The notes beneath the pieces were generated by a model. That model made no database searches. It was given only the letters and a program-made list of their open reading frames with translations, and was not told where the DNA came from. The position numbers and the translations under genes are program-made. A stretch of 64,000 nt of DNA from Eledone cirrhosa (Eukaryota): positions 124,001 through 188,000 of the forward strand of contig CAXHJY010001105.1 in assembly GCA_964016885.1 (NCBI GenBank). The letters are read 5' to 3'. This document shows, piece after piece, positions 39,701 to 50,873 of this stretch. Each line of letters begins with the position of its first letter. The stretch's first letter is position 1.

Positions 39701-40965
39701 GGTAAAGCCTTTACTGTGACAATACAATAGTATATATAGAGTAATGTAACTGTAATGTGAGATATTATGTGAGGTAAAGCCTTTACTGTGACAATACAAT
39801 AGTATATATAGAGTAATGTAAATGTTATGTGAGATATTATGTGAGGTAAAGCCTTTACTGTGACAATACAATAGTATATATAGAGTAATGTAAATGTTAT
39901 GTGAGATATTATGTGAGGTAAAGCCTTTACTGTGACAATACAATAGTATATATAGAGTAATGTAAATGTTATGCGAGATATTATGTGAGGTAAAGCCTTT
40001 ACTGTGAAAATACAATAGTATATATAGAGTAATGTAAATGTTATGTGAGGTATTATGTGAGGTAAAGCCTTTACTGTGAAAATACAATAGTATATATAGA
40101 GTAATGTAAATGTTATGTGAGGTATTATGTGAGGTAAAGCCTTTACTGTGACAATACAATAGTATATATAGAGTAATGTAAATGTTATGTGAGATATTAG
40201 TGAGGTAAAGCCTTTACTGTGAAAATACAATAGTATATATAGAGTAATGTAAATGTTATGTGAGATATTATGTGAGGTAAAGCCTTTACTGTGACAATAC
40301 AATAGTATATATAGAGTAATGTAACTGTTATGTGAGATATTATGTGAGGTAAAGCCTTTACTGTGACAATACAATAGTATATATAGAGTAATGTAACTGT
40401 TATGTGAGATATTATGTGAGGTAAAGCCTTTACTGTGACAATACAATAGTATATATAGAGTAATGTAAATGTTATGTGAGATATTATGTGAGGTAAAGCC
40501 TTTACTGTGACAATACAATAGTATATATAGAGTAATGTAACTGTTATGTGAGATATTATGTGAGGTAAAGACTTTACTGTGACAATACAATAGTATATAT
40601 AGAGTAATGTAACTGTTATGTGAGATATTATGTGAGGTAAAGCCTTTACTGTGACAATACAATAGTATATATAGAGTAATGTAAATGTTATGTGAGATAT
40701 TATGTGAGGTAAAGCCTTTACTGTGACAATACAATAGTATATATAGAGTAATGTAACTGTTATGTGAGATATTATGTGAGGTAAAGCCTTTACTGTGACA
40801 ATACAATAGTATATATAGAGTAATGTAACTGTTATGTGAGATATTATGTGAGGTAAAGCCTTTACTGTGACAATACAATAGTATATATAGAGTAATGTAA
40901 CTGTTATGTGAGATATTATGTGAGGTAAAGCCTTTACTGTGACAATACAATAGTATATATAGAGT
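36750..40965. repeat. 72-bp AT-rich satellite, left block (~60 monomers, includes 60-bp variants)
   Basis: Unit AATGTAAATGTTATGTGAGATATTATGTGAGGTAAAGCCTTTACTGTGACAATACAATAGTATATATAGAGT. The 60-bp variant lacks one copy of the internal 12-bp TTATGTGAG-containing duplication. 1596-bp higher-order duplication. Confidence 0.97.
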
Positions 40966-41202
40966 GGTTTCTTTATTTGCCACTAGGGCACAAAAGGTAG
41001 GGACAGATACAAGGGGGGAAGTTTACATATAATTAACGAGTACAAAAATATAACAATGAAATAACAACAACAAACGAAGTCCTCAATAGGGAGGGGGCAT
41101 TAACATGGGTCGCACACACCCCGGAAAAAATGTGTAACCCTTCTCCTCAGGAGCACAAAGAGTAGGTGCTTCCCTCGTCTCCTCTTTTTCCTCTTCTTTT
41201 AC

Positions 41203-44200
41203 CTACAGGCTGATATAGAGAGAAGACCCATTCACTCTGGCCATTCTCCCTACTTTCACCCACCTTTCATAAAACTTGCTGGGGTAGAGCACCTCTCTCT
41301 CCATTCTGATCCTTCTTTTAAAATGGTATTTGAAAAAGGGGACCAGTTGTTGGCCGGAGAGAAAGGTGTCTGACCTCAGCCCTTTCAGCCTCGTCCACCA
41401 TACAACTTCTTTAGCCATGGCTACCACACAGAGAAAAACCGCCTCTCCTTCGTTTTTGAAAGGGGGAGGCGGTTTGATCGTGACAATGGACTCGGTGGTC
41501 AACCGGATTGGTCCCACCCTCGACAGTAGTCGTTCCACATAGCCCCACAGGTCAGCAATGCCTGGGCAGTGTACGAATGCGTGCGCAACGGTTTCGCCAT
41601 CATGCACGCATCTCGGACAGATCTTATTCAAAGGATCTCTACCCAGGCTCCCATGCCTGTGGAGCTTGTCTCGAACGGGTAGAGCCCCTCGGTAGCACTG
41701 CCAAGCCAGGGACTTTTGGAAGTTGTCCATCGGTCCAGGGCCAAACGTCCTACCGAACAGACTGGCCAGTTCATCTTCCTCCATGCCTAGAGCTTCTCCG
41801 AGAGCATCGTCGCACCTGCTGCGTACCAACCCTCTATAGAATGTCGACGTGGAGTCTCCACTGATTGCCGGGTCCGCTTTCCAGAGGGCCGTGAGCGCCT
41901 GGGCACATTCAATGTGCCAGTCGCCCACTTTTCTCGGTCTTTGCTTGACCCAGGATTGCAGCTCGGTGAGCGAGACGAGTCTGGGAAAGGCTCGCCTCAC
42001 AAACGGGGCCCACACCGGTTGACCGGTGAGGAATACCTGGAGGTGCCGTAGCCTTAATGCGTGTTTACGCATCTGTAGCCACGGCATCCCCAGCCCTCCT
42101 TTCGAAGGGTGTTGACAGCAGATGGATCTCCTCACCAAAGGGGTCCGCTTGTTCCAAAGAAATTGGAACAGCGCGCACTCCATTTTGGCGAGTCTTTTCA
42201 CTGGGCAAGGCACGACGGTCAAGCGGTAGTAGATGACGGATGCTATATAAGTATTCGCCACCTCCGCTCGACCTTTCAGGGATAGTTTGCACTGGGCCCA
42301 CTTCTGGGTGAGTGCAAACACCCTGGCCGTTACCTCATTCCAGTTTTTCTCCACCTGGAGGTCTGGTCCGAACCAGACCCCAAGCAGCTTCACCGGGCCC
42401 TCCGTCCAGCGTCCGACGACGTCGTTGGAGGGCATCGGTTTGCCTCTCCATGTTCCGAGTTGCAAACCGACGGACTTGTCCCGGTTCAGCTTGGCTCCTG
42501 TAAACCTTTCATATTCCTCCAGTAAGGTGCCGATCTCACCGATTTGCGAGGTTTTCGACACCATTACTGTCACGTCATCGGCGTAGGCCGACGCCGCTTT
42601 CTGCAATCCCGGTTCCAAAGGGATGCCCTGCAACCGCTCCAACTTCCGCAGTAGTGGCTCAAGAGCCAGCACATACAGTAGGGAGGAGAGAGGGCATCCC
42701 TGTCGGATGGATCGCATGATTTGGAACGGCTCCGAGAGGTGGCCGTTCACCTTGACCCTTGAGCAGACGTTGCTGCTGTGCATCGCAGCAATCCAACCCC
42801 TGAAAACGGGTCCGAAGCCTGCCGCCGCGAGCACCGCATCCAGGTAACGATGGTCAACCCTATCGAAAGCTTTAGATTGATCCAAGTTGATCAGGGCCCC
42901 ACCAAAGCCGGGTTCATTCCCTACCCTCTCTATGATGTATCGCATAAGGTGGAGATTGTCGTGAATGGACCTGGACGGGATTGCGCATGTCTGCGCTTCT
43001 CCCACCAGGTTTCCAACGACAAGCGCCAACCTCTTCGCTAACACCTTGGCCAAAATCTTTAACTCTGTATTTAGCAGAGTTATGGGCCTGAAGTTACTTA
43101 TGTCATCCCCCTTGTTCTCATCCTTCCTCACCAGCGTAACTACGCCCTTGGTCACAGAACTGGGAATTCTCCCGTTCTGCTGCCAGTTGCAGTAGACCGC
43201 TTCGAGGATATCGGAGAACAAGTCCGGCATCGCTACATATAGCTCGTATGGTAGACCATCGAGACCCGGGGATTTGCGTTTGCCGCATTGGCTCAGCGCC
43301 GCCCCTATCTCAGCAGCTGAAATCGTCCTTTCGCAGGACTTCGCCTCCGCGTCCGAGAGGCGCGGCAGACCGTCGAGGTATGGATTGAAATCCATAGTCT
43401 CACCCGGCGCGCCGCCCCTCTCGAACAGTCGTGCAAAGTGCCGCTGAAAGGCCGCACACATCTGCCCAGGTTCAAGGATCACACGCCCATCCTGGTCCTT
43501 CAAAGACCGAATCGTGGACTTGTTCCCACTTTTTGCCTCTGTCACTCGGGCCCAGCTCACAGCTTTGGCTCCCTCATTACCCAGAGCACGTATTTTACTC
43601 CTGACAACGCAGCCTTCATGCTTCACCTCAAAGAACTGGTCTAAGGCCATTCTTGATGCCAGCACGCCGGCTACATTGCCACTCCTAATCGCCTCTTCTA
43701 CTCTATCTACTAATTCCCTTTCCGTCTTGTTCCTATCCCTTGCTAATTCCTGACTAAAACCTATCGATTCTATTCTAATTGCTCTCTTAAGAGAGCTCCA
43801 CCACCTGTTGTTGACAATTGCCCCTGTCAAACTCTGCTTAACTAACGTGCTAATCCGTTTACTGTAAGCTTTGCTTCTCGGTAAGGACAAGTTCAGCTTC
43901 CAGTAACCGGGTCCCTGTCTATGGGTTCTATCAAGGTTGGCTATGCAGGTCACTAACTTGTGATCCGAATAGTCAACCATGAACATTTTTGGACAGCTAA
44001 ATGTGTCCCTATCGTTCTCTCTAACTAGGACCCTATCTAGGTACGACCTAGATGTTCCACTGCGATTGGTCCACGTCCATAGTGGTACAGTCGGAAAATC
44101 TAGTCGATATCTATCGGCCAGGTCAAATCGGCCGATTAACCTTTTGAGGCTTTTACACCCCCCCCCCCTCTATTGGCACATGCCCCTACATAGTCCCAAC

Positions 44201-44645
44201 GTGCATCCAGGATACCATTCCAGTCCCCCACTAAAAGCAAGGAGCGGGACGTTCCCAGAAAAGTTTCCAGACGTTGGAAGTATTCCGGCCGCGCTGCCCA
44301 AAAAGGGGCGTACACAGCTATTAGTCTAAGGGCTCCACTTTCACTACTGCCGACGTCTAAAACCACCAGTCGACCCTCCGGGTCCAGGTGCACCTTCTGT
44401 ATGGCGAGGCCCAGGTGTTTTCGCAGCAGAACGACAACTCCACCCCCACCCCCCGGTTGACAGAGAGATGCGAAGATCTCAAAGTCGTCGAAGAGGGGCG
44501 CCAGTTGGTGCTCGCTGCTGATCCTGGACTCGCAAATAGCCATTACATCCATTCTATGCGACCTGAGATCGTTTAAAAGTTTGCCTTGTTTCCAAGACAG
44601 TCCCAGGCCACGTACATTCAGACACCCAACTCTTATATCAGCCAT
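41203..44645 (-). pseudogene. ORF2 (APE endonuclease + reverse transcriptase + C-terminal zinc finger) of copy 1, frameshifted at a G homopolymer
   Basis: Split into ORFs 44136-44645 and 41203-43986. The plus-strand C run at 44158-44168 is 11 nt, versus 6 and 9 in the intact copies. May be a homopolymer sequencing error. Confidence 0.85.
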
Positions 44646-44666
44646 GTTGGTTAAAAGAGGAAGGAC

Positions 44667-46409
44667 CTACCTGTTCGGCTCCTGAGGAGCAGGTTGCACA
44701 ATATCCATGGGCGTATTGGAGGGGTTGTTTGGTGGGGTGTTGTTCTGTGGTGGAGTGGGGGTGTTTGGTGAGGTGTGGGTGGGGAAACGTTTCAAGAGGA
44801 CGCGGTTATAGGGTCGAGTACATGTTTTCCCCACGTCCTCAGGAAAGTTCTCTCTTAGTTTTGCATAGGTGTCCATTGGGAGTCTTATCATTTTTAAATG
44901 CGGTTTGTTGGCCGCGCTTGCAAAGAATTGCCCTTCAGTTTCCACCAAAGGGTCTTTGTGTATTGTTTTTACTAGTTCTTTGTTATTTGTGTTAATGTAT
45001 GTATACTGTTTTATTTGTGTTGTGTTTGTTTGTTGTTCTTGTGTGTGCTTACGTTTTGTTGTATGTGTTATGTTTTGGGGTGGGGCGGATTTTGTTTGTT
45101 CTGTTTGTTTTGTTTTTGTTGGTGGTTGTGTGTTTGTTTCGTTTATGTTCGAGTGGTGCTTTCTTTTTTTCCTTTTTACAGGTTGGAAGGGTTCCCCCTC
45201 TTCGTCACTAGGTGCCGTTTCCACTGGGTCCTCGTCCGTGCTGTCGGGTAGTGGTGTATTTTGGGGTTTTGTTGTATTTGTGTGTGTTTTGGGAGTTGTT
45301 TTGGGTGGGGCCGTGTCTTGTGTTATTTTTCCCTGTTGTTTTTGTTGTTGTTGTGGTGGTGGTGGTGGAGGTGGTGGTGGTGGTGGTGGTGGCGGTGGTG
45401 GTGTGTGGGGTGTAGGCAAAAGAGCCTTTTTTTTTGTCAATTGAGGACAAGCAGCCCTTAGATGACCCCTGCTTGAACAGTAGTAACATATGGGCCTCCT
45501 ACCCTCGGCTGAAATATATATAAATGTTTCTCCATCGAGGGACACCCTCTGTGGTATTCTAGCTATTCGTTCTGGTCTCATTTGGACCAGAACCTCCACG
45601 CTCAAACCGCCGAAAACGTCTGTGGTGACTTCTCCTACTGAGAGGATTCCGTCCTCGTCTTCTAAAAATCCTGTTAGTACCCAGGAAATGCATGCATTTG
45701 GCCGGATTCCGGAGACCCTTATCTTCTGCGTTCTTTTCCCTAAATATGTGGGGAAAAATGTATGTAGCTTGGAAACAATTGGTGCCACAGAGTATTTCCT
45801 GGCCGTCAATTGATCCTTCATTAGGACCGTTATATTCCCATAGAGTGGCCCTTTTTGTATGAACGATATATCACTCCACACATTTTTTAGGACCAGCTCA
45901 ATCTCTTTTTGGGATAATTGAGTTGGTTTCCTTGTTATGTTGGAAATTGTTCTGAAAGATATCGTTCTTAGCGTCGTGTCTCTTTTGATTTCTTGTGGGG
46001 AGGTGATTGTGAAGTCTCCTCCTTCTTTGAAAGTTACATACTGTTTCGCTTCCTTCATCTTTTCTCTCAGAGTTGTAATGTCCAGTTGCTTGCAGGTTTG
46101 TGTTTTCCGGACCGCCTGTGCAAAGGAGGCACCAGTAGTGGGTTCGCTTTGTTTGGTGTTATCGTTATTTTTTCCTTGGTTGGTGTTGTGACTATTGCTG
46201 TTATTGTCGTTGTTGTTTTTGTCTGCGTTTATGTGACTTTCTGGGTTTTCACCCATTTTTACAAATTTTTCTTTTAATTCCGTGTTCCATGTTTCTTTTG
46301 CAGAAGTCAGGAGGGAAGACTTAGAGCCTTGTGCTTCTAGCTTCTCTGTATCACCTTTCTTAGGGGGCGTGGCTTTCACGTTAGGATGAGATGTGAAAAT
46401 TCCGTCCAT
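44667..46409 (-). CDS. ORF1 gag-like nucleic-acid-binding protein, copy 1 (580 aa from the first ATG)
   Basis: Zinc knuckle CYYCSSRGHLRAAC (CX2CX4HX4C), SFAQAV motif, poly-Pro tract, basic KRKKRKHH. First ATG (MDGIF) is at 46409; the ORF track starts upstream at a TTG (46502). Confidence 0.9.
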   Translation of the reverse strand: MDGIFTSHPNVKATPPKKGDTEKLEAQGSKSSLLTSAKETWNTELKEKFVKMGENPESHINADKNNNDNNSNSHNTNQGKNNDNTKQSEPTTGASFAQAVRKTQTCKQLDITTLREKMKEAKQYVTFKEGGDFTITSPQEIKRDTTLRTISFRTISNITRKPTQLSQKEIELVLKNVWSDISFIQKGPLYGNITVLMKDQLTARKYSVAPIVSKLHTFFPTYLGKRTQKIRVSGIRPNACISWVLTGFLEDEDGILSVGEVTTDVFGGLSVEVLVQMRPERIARIPQRVSLDGETFIYISAEGRRPICYYCSSRGHLRAACPQLTKKKALLPTPHTPPPPPPPPPPPPPPPPQQQQKQQGKITQDTAPPKTTPKTHTNTTKPQNTPLPDSTDEDPVETAPSDEEGEPFQPVKRKKRKHHSNINETNTQPPTKTKQTEQTKSAPPQNITHTTKRKHTQEQQTNTTQIKQYTYINTNNKELVKTIHKDPLVETEGQFFASAANKPHLKMIRLPMDTYAKLRENFPEDVGKTCTRPYNRVLLKRFPTHTSPNTPTPPQNNTPPNNPSNTPMDIVQPAPQEPNR

Positions 46410-46620
46410 TTCTATTAGTTTGCCGTAATAAATTTTTAACTGGAAAATTCGCCCCAAAAAGGGGCGAAAATAAATAAACTCAAAGTTTGACGACCAAGGC
46501 AAGGGGTTAACGTATATTACAGTATAAAAAAATTAATCAAAACTCACTTTTTGAGTAAGTAAATCCGACTCGGTAGCCGAGCTTGTTCACACACGTCAAC
46601 ACACGTCTCTCGTATACGAG

Positions 46621-47177
46621 ATGTTATGTGAGATATTATGTGAGGTAAAGCCTTTACTGTGACAATACAATAGTATATATAGAGTAATGTAAATGTTATG
46701 TGAGATATTATGTGAGGTAAAGCCTTTACTGTGACAATACAATAGTATATATAGAGTAATGTAACTGTTATGTGAGATATTATGTGAGGTAAAGCCTTTA
46801 CTGTGACAATACAATAGTATATATAGAGTAATGTAACTGTTATGTGAGATATTATGTGAGGTAAAGCCTTTACTGTGACAATACAATAGTATATATAGAG
46901 TAATGTAAATGTTATGTGAGATATTATGTGAGGTAAAGACTTTACTGTGACAATACAATAGTATATATAGAGTAATGTAACTGTTATGTGAGATATTATG
47001 TGAGGTAAAGCCTTTACTGTTACAATACAATAGTATATATAGAGTAATGTAACTGTTATGTGAGGTAAAGACTTTACTGTGACAATACAATAGTATATAT
47101 AGAGTAATGTAACTGTTATGTGAGATATTATGTGAGGTAAAGCCTTTACTGTGACAATACAATAGTATATATAGAGT
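46621..47177. repeat. 72-bp satellite spacer between LINE copies 1 and 2
   Basis: 557 bp = 7x72 + 60 - 7. Confidence 0.95.
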
Positions 47178-47414
47178 GGTTTCTTTATTTGCCACTAGGG
47201 CACAAAAGGTAGGGACAGATACAAGGGGGGAAGTTTACATATAATTAACGAGTACAAAAATATAACAATGAAATAACAACAACAAACGAAGTCCTCAATA
47301 GGGAGGGGGCATTAACATAGGTCGCACACACCCCGGAAAAAATGTGTAACCCTTCTCCTCAGGAGCACAAAGAGTAGGTGCTTCCCTCGTCTCCGCTTTT
47401 TCCTCTTCTTTCAC

Positions 47415-50400
47415 CTACAGGCTGATATAGAGAGAAGACCCATTCACTCTGGCCATTCTCCCTACTTTCACCCACCTTTCATAAAACTTGCTGGGGTAGA
47501 GCACCTCTCTCTCCATTCTGATCCTTCTTTTAAAATGGTATTTGAAAAAGGGGACCAGTTGTTGGCCGGAGAGAAAGGTGTCTGACCTCAGCCCTTTCAG
47601 CCTCGTCCACCATACAACTTCTTTAGCCATGGCTACCACACAGAGAAAAACCGCCTCTCCTTCGTTTTTGAAAGGGGGAGGCGGTTTGATCGTGACAATG
47701 GACTCGGTGGTCAACCGGATTGGTCCCACCCTCGACAGTAGTCGTTCCACATAGCCCCACAGGTCAGCAATGCCTGGGCAGTGTACGAATGCGTGCGCAA
47801 CGGTTTCGTCATCATGCACGCATCTCGGACAGATCTTATTCAAAGGATCTCTACCCAGGCTCCCATGCCTGTGGAGCTTGTCTCGAACGGGTAGAGCCCC
47901 TCGGTAGCACTGCCAAGCCAGGGACTTTTGGAAGTTGTCCATCGGTCCAGGGCCAAACGTCCTACCGAACAGACTGGCCAGTTCATCTTCCTCCATGCCT
48001 AGAGCTTCTCCGAGAGCATCGTCGCACCTGCTGCGTACCAACCCTCTATAGAATGTCGACGTGGAGTCTCCACTGATTGCCGGGTCCGCTTTCCAGAGGG
48101 CCGTGAGCGCCTGGGCACATTCAATGTGCCAGTCGCCCACTTTTCTCGGTCTTTGCTTGACCCAGGATTGCAGCTCGGTGAGCGAGACGAGTCTGGGAAA
48201 GGCTCGCCTCACAAACGGGGCCCACACCGGTTGACCGGTGAGGAATACCTGGAGGTGCCGTAGCCTTAATGCGTGTTTACGCATCTGTAGCCACGGCATC
48301 CCCAGCCCTCCTTTCGAAGGGTGTTGACAGCAGATGGATCTCCTCACCAAAGGGGTCCGCTTGTTCCAAAGAAATTGGAACAGCGCGCACTCCATTTTGG
48401 CGAGTCTTTTCACTGGGCAAGGCACGACGGTCAAGCGGTAGTAGATGACGGATGCTATATAAGTATTCGCCACCTCCGCTCGACCTTTCAGGGATAGTTT
48501 GCACTGGGCCCACTTCTGGGTGAGTGCAAACACCCTGGCCGTTACCTCGTTCCAGTTTTTCTCCACCTGGAGGTCTGGTCCGAACCAGACCCCAAGCAGC
48601 TTCACCGGGCCCTCCGTCCAGCGTCCGACGACGTCGTTGGAGGGCATCGGTTTGCCTCTCCATGTTCCGAGTTGCAAACCGACGGACTTGTCCCGGTTCA
48701 GCTTGGCTCCTGTAAACCTTTCATATTCCTCCAGTAAGGTGCCGATCTCACCGATTTGCGAGGTTTTCGACACCATTACTGTCACGTCATCGGCGTAGGC
48801 CGACGCCGCTTTCTGCAATCCCGGTTCCAAAGGGATGCCCTGCAACCGCTCCAACTTCCGCAGTAGTGGCTCAAGAGCCAGCACATACAGTAGGGAGGAG
48901 AGAGGGCATCCCTGTCGGATGGATCGCATGATTTGGAACGGCTCCGAGAGGTGGCCGTTCACCTTGACCCTTGAGCAGACGTTGCTGCTGTGCATCGCAG
49001 CAATCCAACCCCTGAAAACGGGTCCGAAGCCTGCCGCCGCGAGCACCGCATCCAGGTAACGATGGTCAACCCTATCGAAAGCTTTAGATTGATCCAAGTT
49101 GATCAGGGCCCCACCAAAGCCGGGTTCATTCCCTACCCTCTCTATGATGTATCGCATAAGGTGGAGATTGTCGTGAATGGACCTGGACGGGATTGCGCAT
49201 GTCTGCGCTTCTCCCACCAGGTTTCCAACGACAAGCGCCAACCTCTTCGCTAACACCTTGGCCAAAATCTTTAACTCTGTATTTAGCAGAGTTATGGGCC
49301 TGAAGTTACTTATGTCATCCCCCTTGTTCTCATCCTTCCTCACCAGCGTAACTACGCCCTTGGTCACAGAACTGGGAATTCTCCCGTTCTGCTGCCAGTT
49401 GCAGTAGACCGCTTCGAGGATATCGGAGAACAAGTCCGGCATCGCTACATATAGCTCGTATGGTAGACCATCGAGACCCGGGGATTTGCGTTTGCCGCAT
49501 TGGCTCAGCGCCGCCCCTATCTCAGCAGCTGAAATCGTCCTTTCGCAGGACTTCGCCTCCGCGTCCGAGAGGCGCGGCAGACCGTCGAGGTATGGATTGA
49601 AATCCATAGTCTCACCCGGCGCGCCGCCCCTCTCGAACAGTCGTGCAAAGTGCCGCTGAAAGGCCGCACACATCTGCCCAGGTTCAAGGATCACACGCCC
49701 ATCCTGGTCCTTCAAAGACCGAATCGTGGACTTGTTCCCACTTTTTGCCTCTGTCACTCGGGCCCAGCTTACAGCTTTGGCTCCCTCATTACCCAGAGCA
49801 CGTATTTTACTCCTGACAACGCAGCCTTCATGCTTCACCTCAAAGAACTGGTCTAAGGCCATTCTTGATGCCAGCACGCCGGCTACATTGCCACTCCTAA
49901 TCGCCTCTTCTACTCTATCTACTAATTCCCTTTCCGTCTTGTTCCTATCCCTTGCTAATTCCTGACTAAAACCTATCGATTCTATTCTAATTGCTCTCTT
50001 AAGAGAGCTCCACCACCTGTTGTTGACAATTGCCCCTGTCAAATTCTGCTTAACTAACGTGCTAATCCGTTTACTGTAAGCTTTGCTTCTCGGTAAGGAC
50101 AAGTTCAGCTTCCAGTAACCGGGTCCCTGTCTATGGGTTCTATCAAGGTTGGCTATGCAGGTCACTAACTTGTGATCCGAATAGTCAACCATGAACATTT
50201 TTGGACAGCTAAATGTGTCCCTATCGTTCTCTCTAACTAGGACCCTATCTAGGTACGACCTAGATGTTCCACTGCGATTGGTCCACGTCCATAGTGGTAC
50301 AGTCGGAAAATCTAGTCGATATCTATCGGCCAGGTCAAATCGGCCGATTAACCTTTTGAGGCTTTTACACCCCCCTCTATTGGCACATGCCCCTACATAG

Positions 50401-50852
50401 TCCCAACGTGCATCCAGGATACCATTCCAGTCCCCCACTAAAAGCAAGGAGCGGGACGTTCCCAGAAAAGTTTCCAGACGTTGGAAGTATTCCGGCCGCG
50501 CTGCCCAAAAAGGGGCGTACACAGCTATTAGTCTAAGGGCTCCACTTTCACTACTGCCGACGTCTAAAACCACCAGTCGACCCTCCGGGTCCAGGTGCAC
50601 CTTCTGTATTGCGAGGCCCAGGTGTTTTCGCAGCAGAACGACAACTCCACCCCCACCCCCCGGTTGACAGAGAGATGCGAAGATCTCAAAGTCGTCGAAG
50701 AGGGGCGCCAGTTGGTGCTCGCTGCTGATCCTGGACTCGCAAATAGCCATTACATCCATTCTATGTGACCTGAGATCGTTTAAAAGTTTGCCTTGTTTCC
50801 AAGACAGTCCCAGGCCACGTACATTCAGAAACCCAACTCTTATATCAGCCAT
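47415..50852 (-). CDS. ORF2: APE endonuclease + reverse transcriptase + zinc finger (1145 aa), copy 2
   Basis: APE motifs LNVRGL, ICES, VYAP, VGDWN, LDRV, SDH. RT motifs KSPGLDG, FRPITLLN, DQSKAFDRV, RQGCPLS, AYADD. C-terminal CPRC..ETVAHAFVHC. Confidence 0.96.
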   Translation of the reverse strand: MADIRVGFLNVRGLGLSWKQGKLLNDLRSHRMDVMAICESRISSEHQLAPLFDDFEIFASLCQPGGGGGVVVLLRKHLGLAIQKVHLDPEGRLVVLDVGSSESGALRLIAVYAPFWAARPEYFQRLETFLGTSRSLLLVGDWNGILDARWDYVGACANRGGCKSLKRLIGRFDLADRYRLDFPTVPLWTWTNRSGTSRSYLDRVLVRENDRDTFSCPKMFMVDYSDHKLVTCIANLDRTHRQGPGYWKLNLSLPRSKAYSKRISTLVKQNLTGAIVNNRWWSSLKRAIRIESIGFSQELARDRNKTERELVDRVEEAIRSGNVAGVLASRMALDQFFEVKHEGCVVRSKIRALGNEGAKAVSWARVTEAKSGNKSTIRSLKDQDGRVILEPGQMCAAFQRHFARLFERGGAPGETMDFNPYLDGLPRLSDAEAKSCERTISAAEIGAALSQCGKRKSPGLDGLPYELYVAMPDLFSDILEAVYCNWQQNGRIPSSVTKGVVTLVRKDENKGDDISNFRPITLLNTELKILAKVLAKRLALVVGNLVGEAQTCAIPSRSIHDNLHLMRYIIERVGNEPGFGGALINLDQSKAFDRVDHRYLDAVLAAAGFGPVFRGWIAAMHSSNVCSRVKVNGHLSEPFQIMRSIRQGCPLSSLLYVLALEPLLRKLERLQGIPLEPGLQKAASAYADDVTVMVSKTSQIGEIGTLLEEYERFTGAKLNRDKSVGLQLGTWRGKPMPSNDVVGRWTEGPVKLLGVWFGPDLQVEKNWNEVTARVFALTQKWAQCKLSLKGRAEVANTYIASVIYYRLTVVPCPVKRLAKMECALFQFLWNKRTPLVRRSICCQHPSKGGLGMPWLQMRKHALRLRHLQVFLTGQPVWAPFVRRAFPRLVSLTELQSWVKQRPRKVGDWHIECAQALTALWKADPAISGDSTSTFYRGLVRSRCDDALGEALGMEEDELASLFGRTFGPGPMDNFQKSLAWQCYRGALPVRDKLHRHGSLGRDPLNKICPRCVHDDETVAHAFVHCPGIADLWGYVERLLSRVGPIRLTTESIVTIKPPPPFKNEGEAVFLCVVAMAKEVVWWTRLKGLRSDTFLSGQQLVPFFKYHFKRRIRMEREVLYPSKFYERWVKVGRMARVNGSSLYISL

Positions 50853-50873
50853 GTTGGTTAAAAGAGGAAGGAC

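Larger units (their letters stand above)
40966..46620 (-). mobile_element. Full-length Tx1/L1-group non-LTR retrotransposon, copy 1 (5655 bp; ORF2 frameshifted)
   Basis: ~210-bp 5' UTR, CCHC ORF1, 21-bp spacer, APE-RT-zinc finger ORF2, 237-bp 3' UTR ending AATAAAGAAACC. Both junctions lie in the 72-bp satellite. Confidence 0.95.

Noticed and set aside
36740-40983. 1139-aa and 630-aa ORFs (also 46596-47195 and 58472-60736)
   Set aside because: They result from 72/60-bp units lacking stops in two minus-strand frames. A 1-bp deletion near 40199 simply swaps frames.
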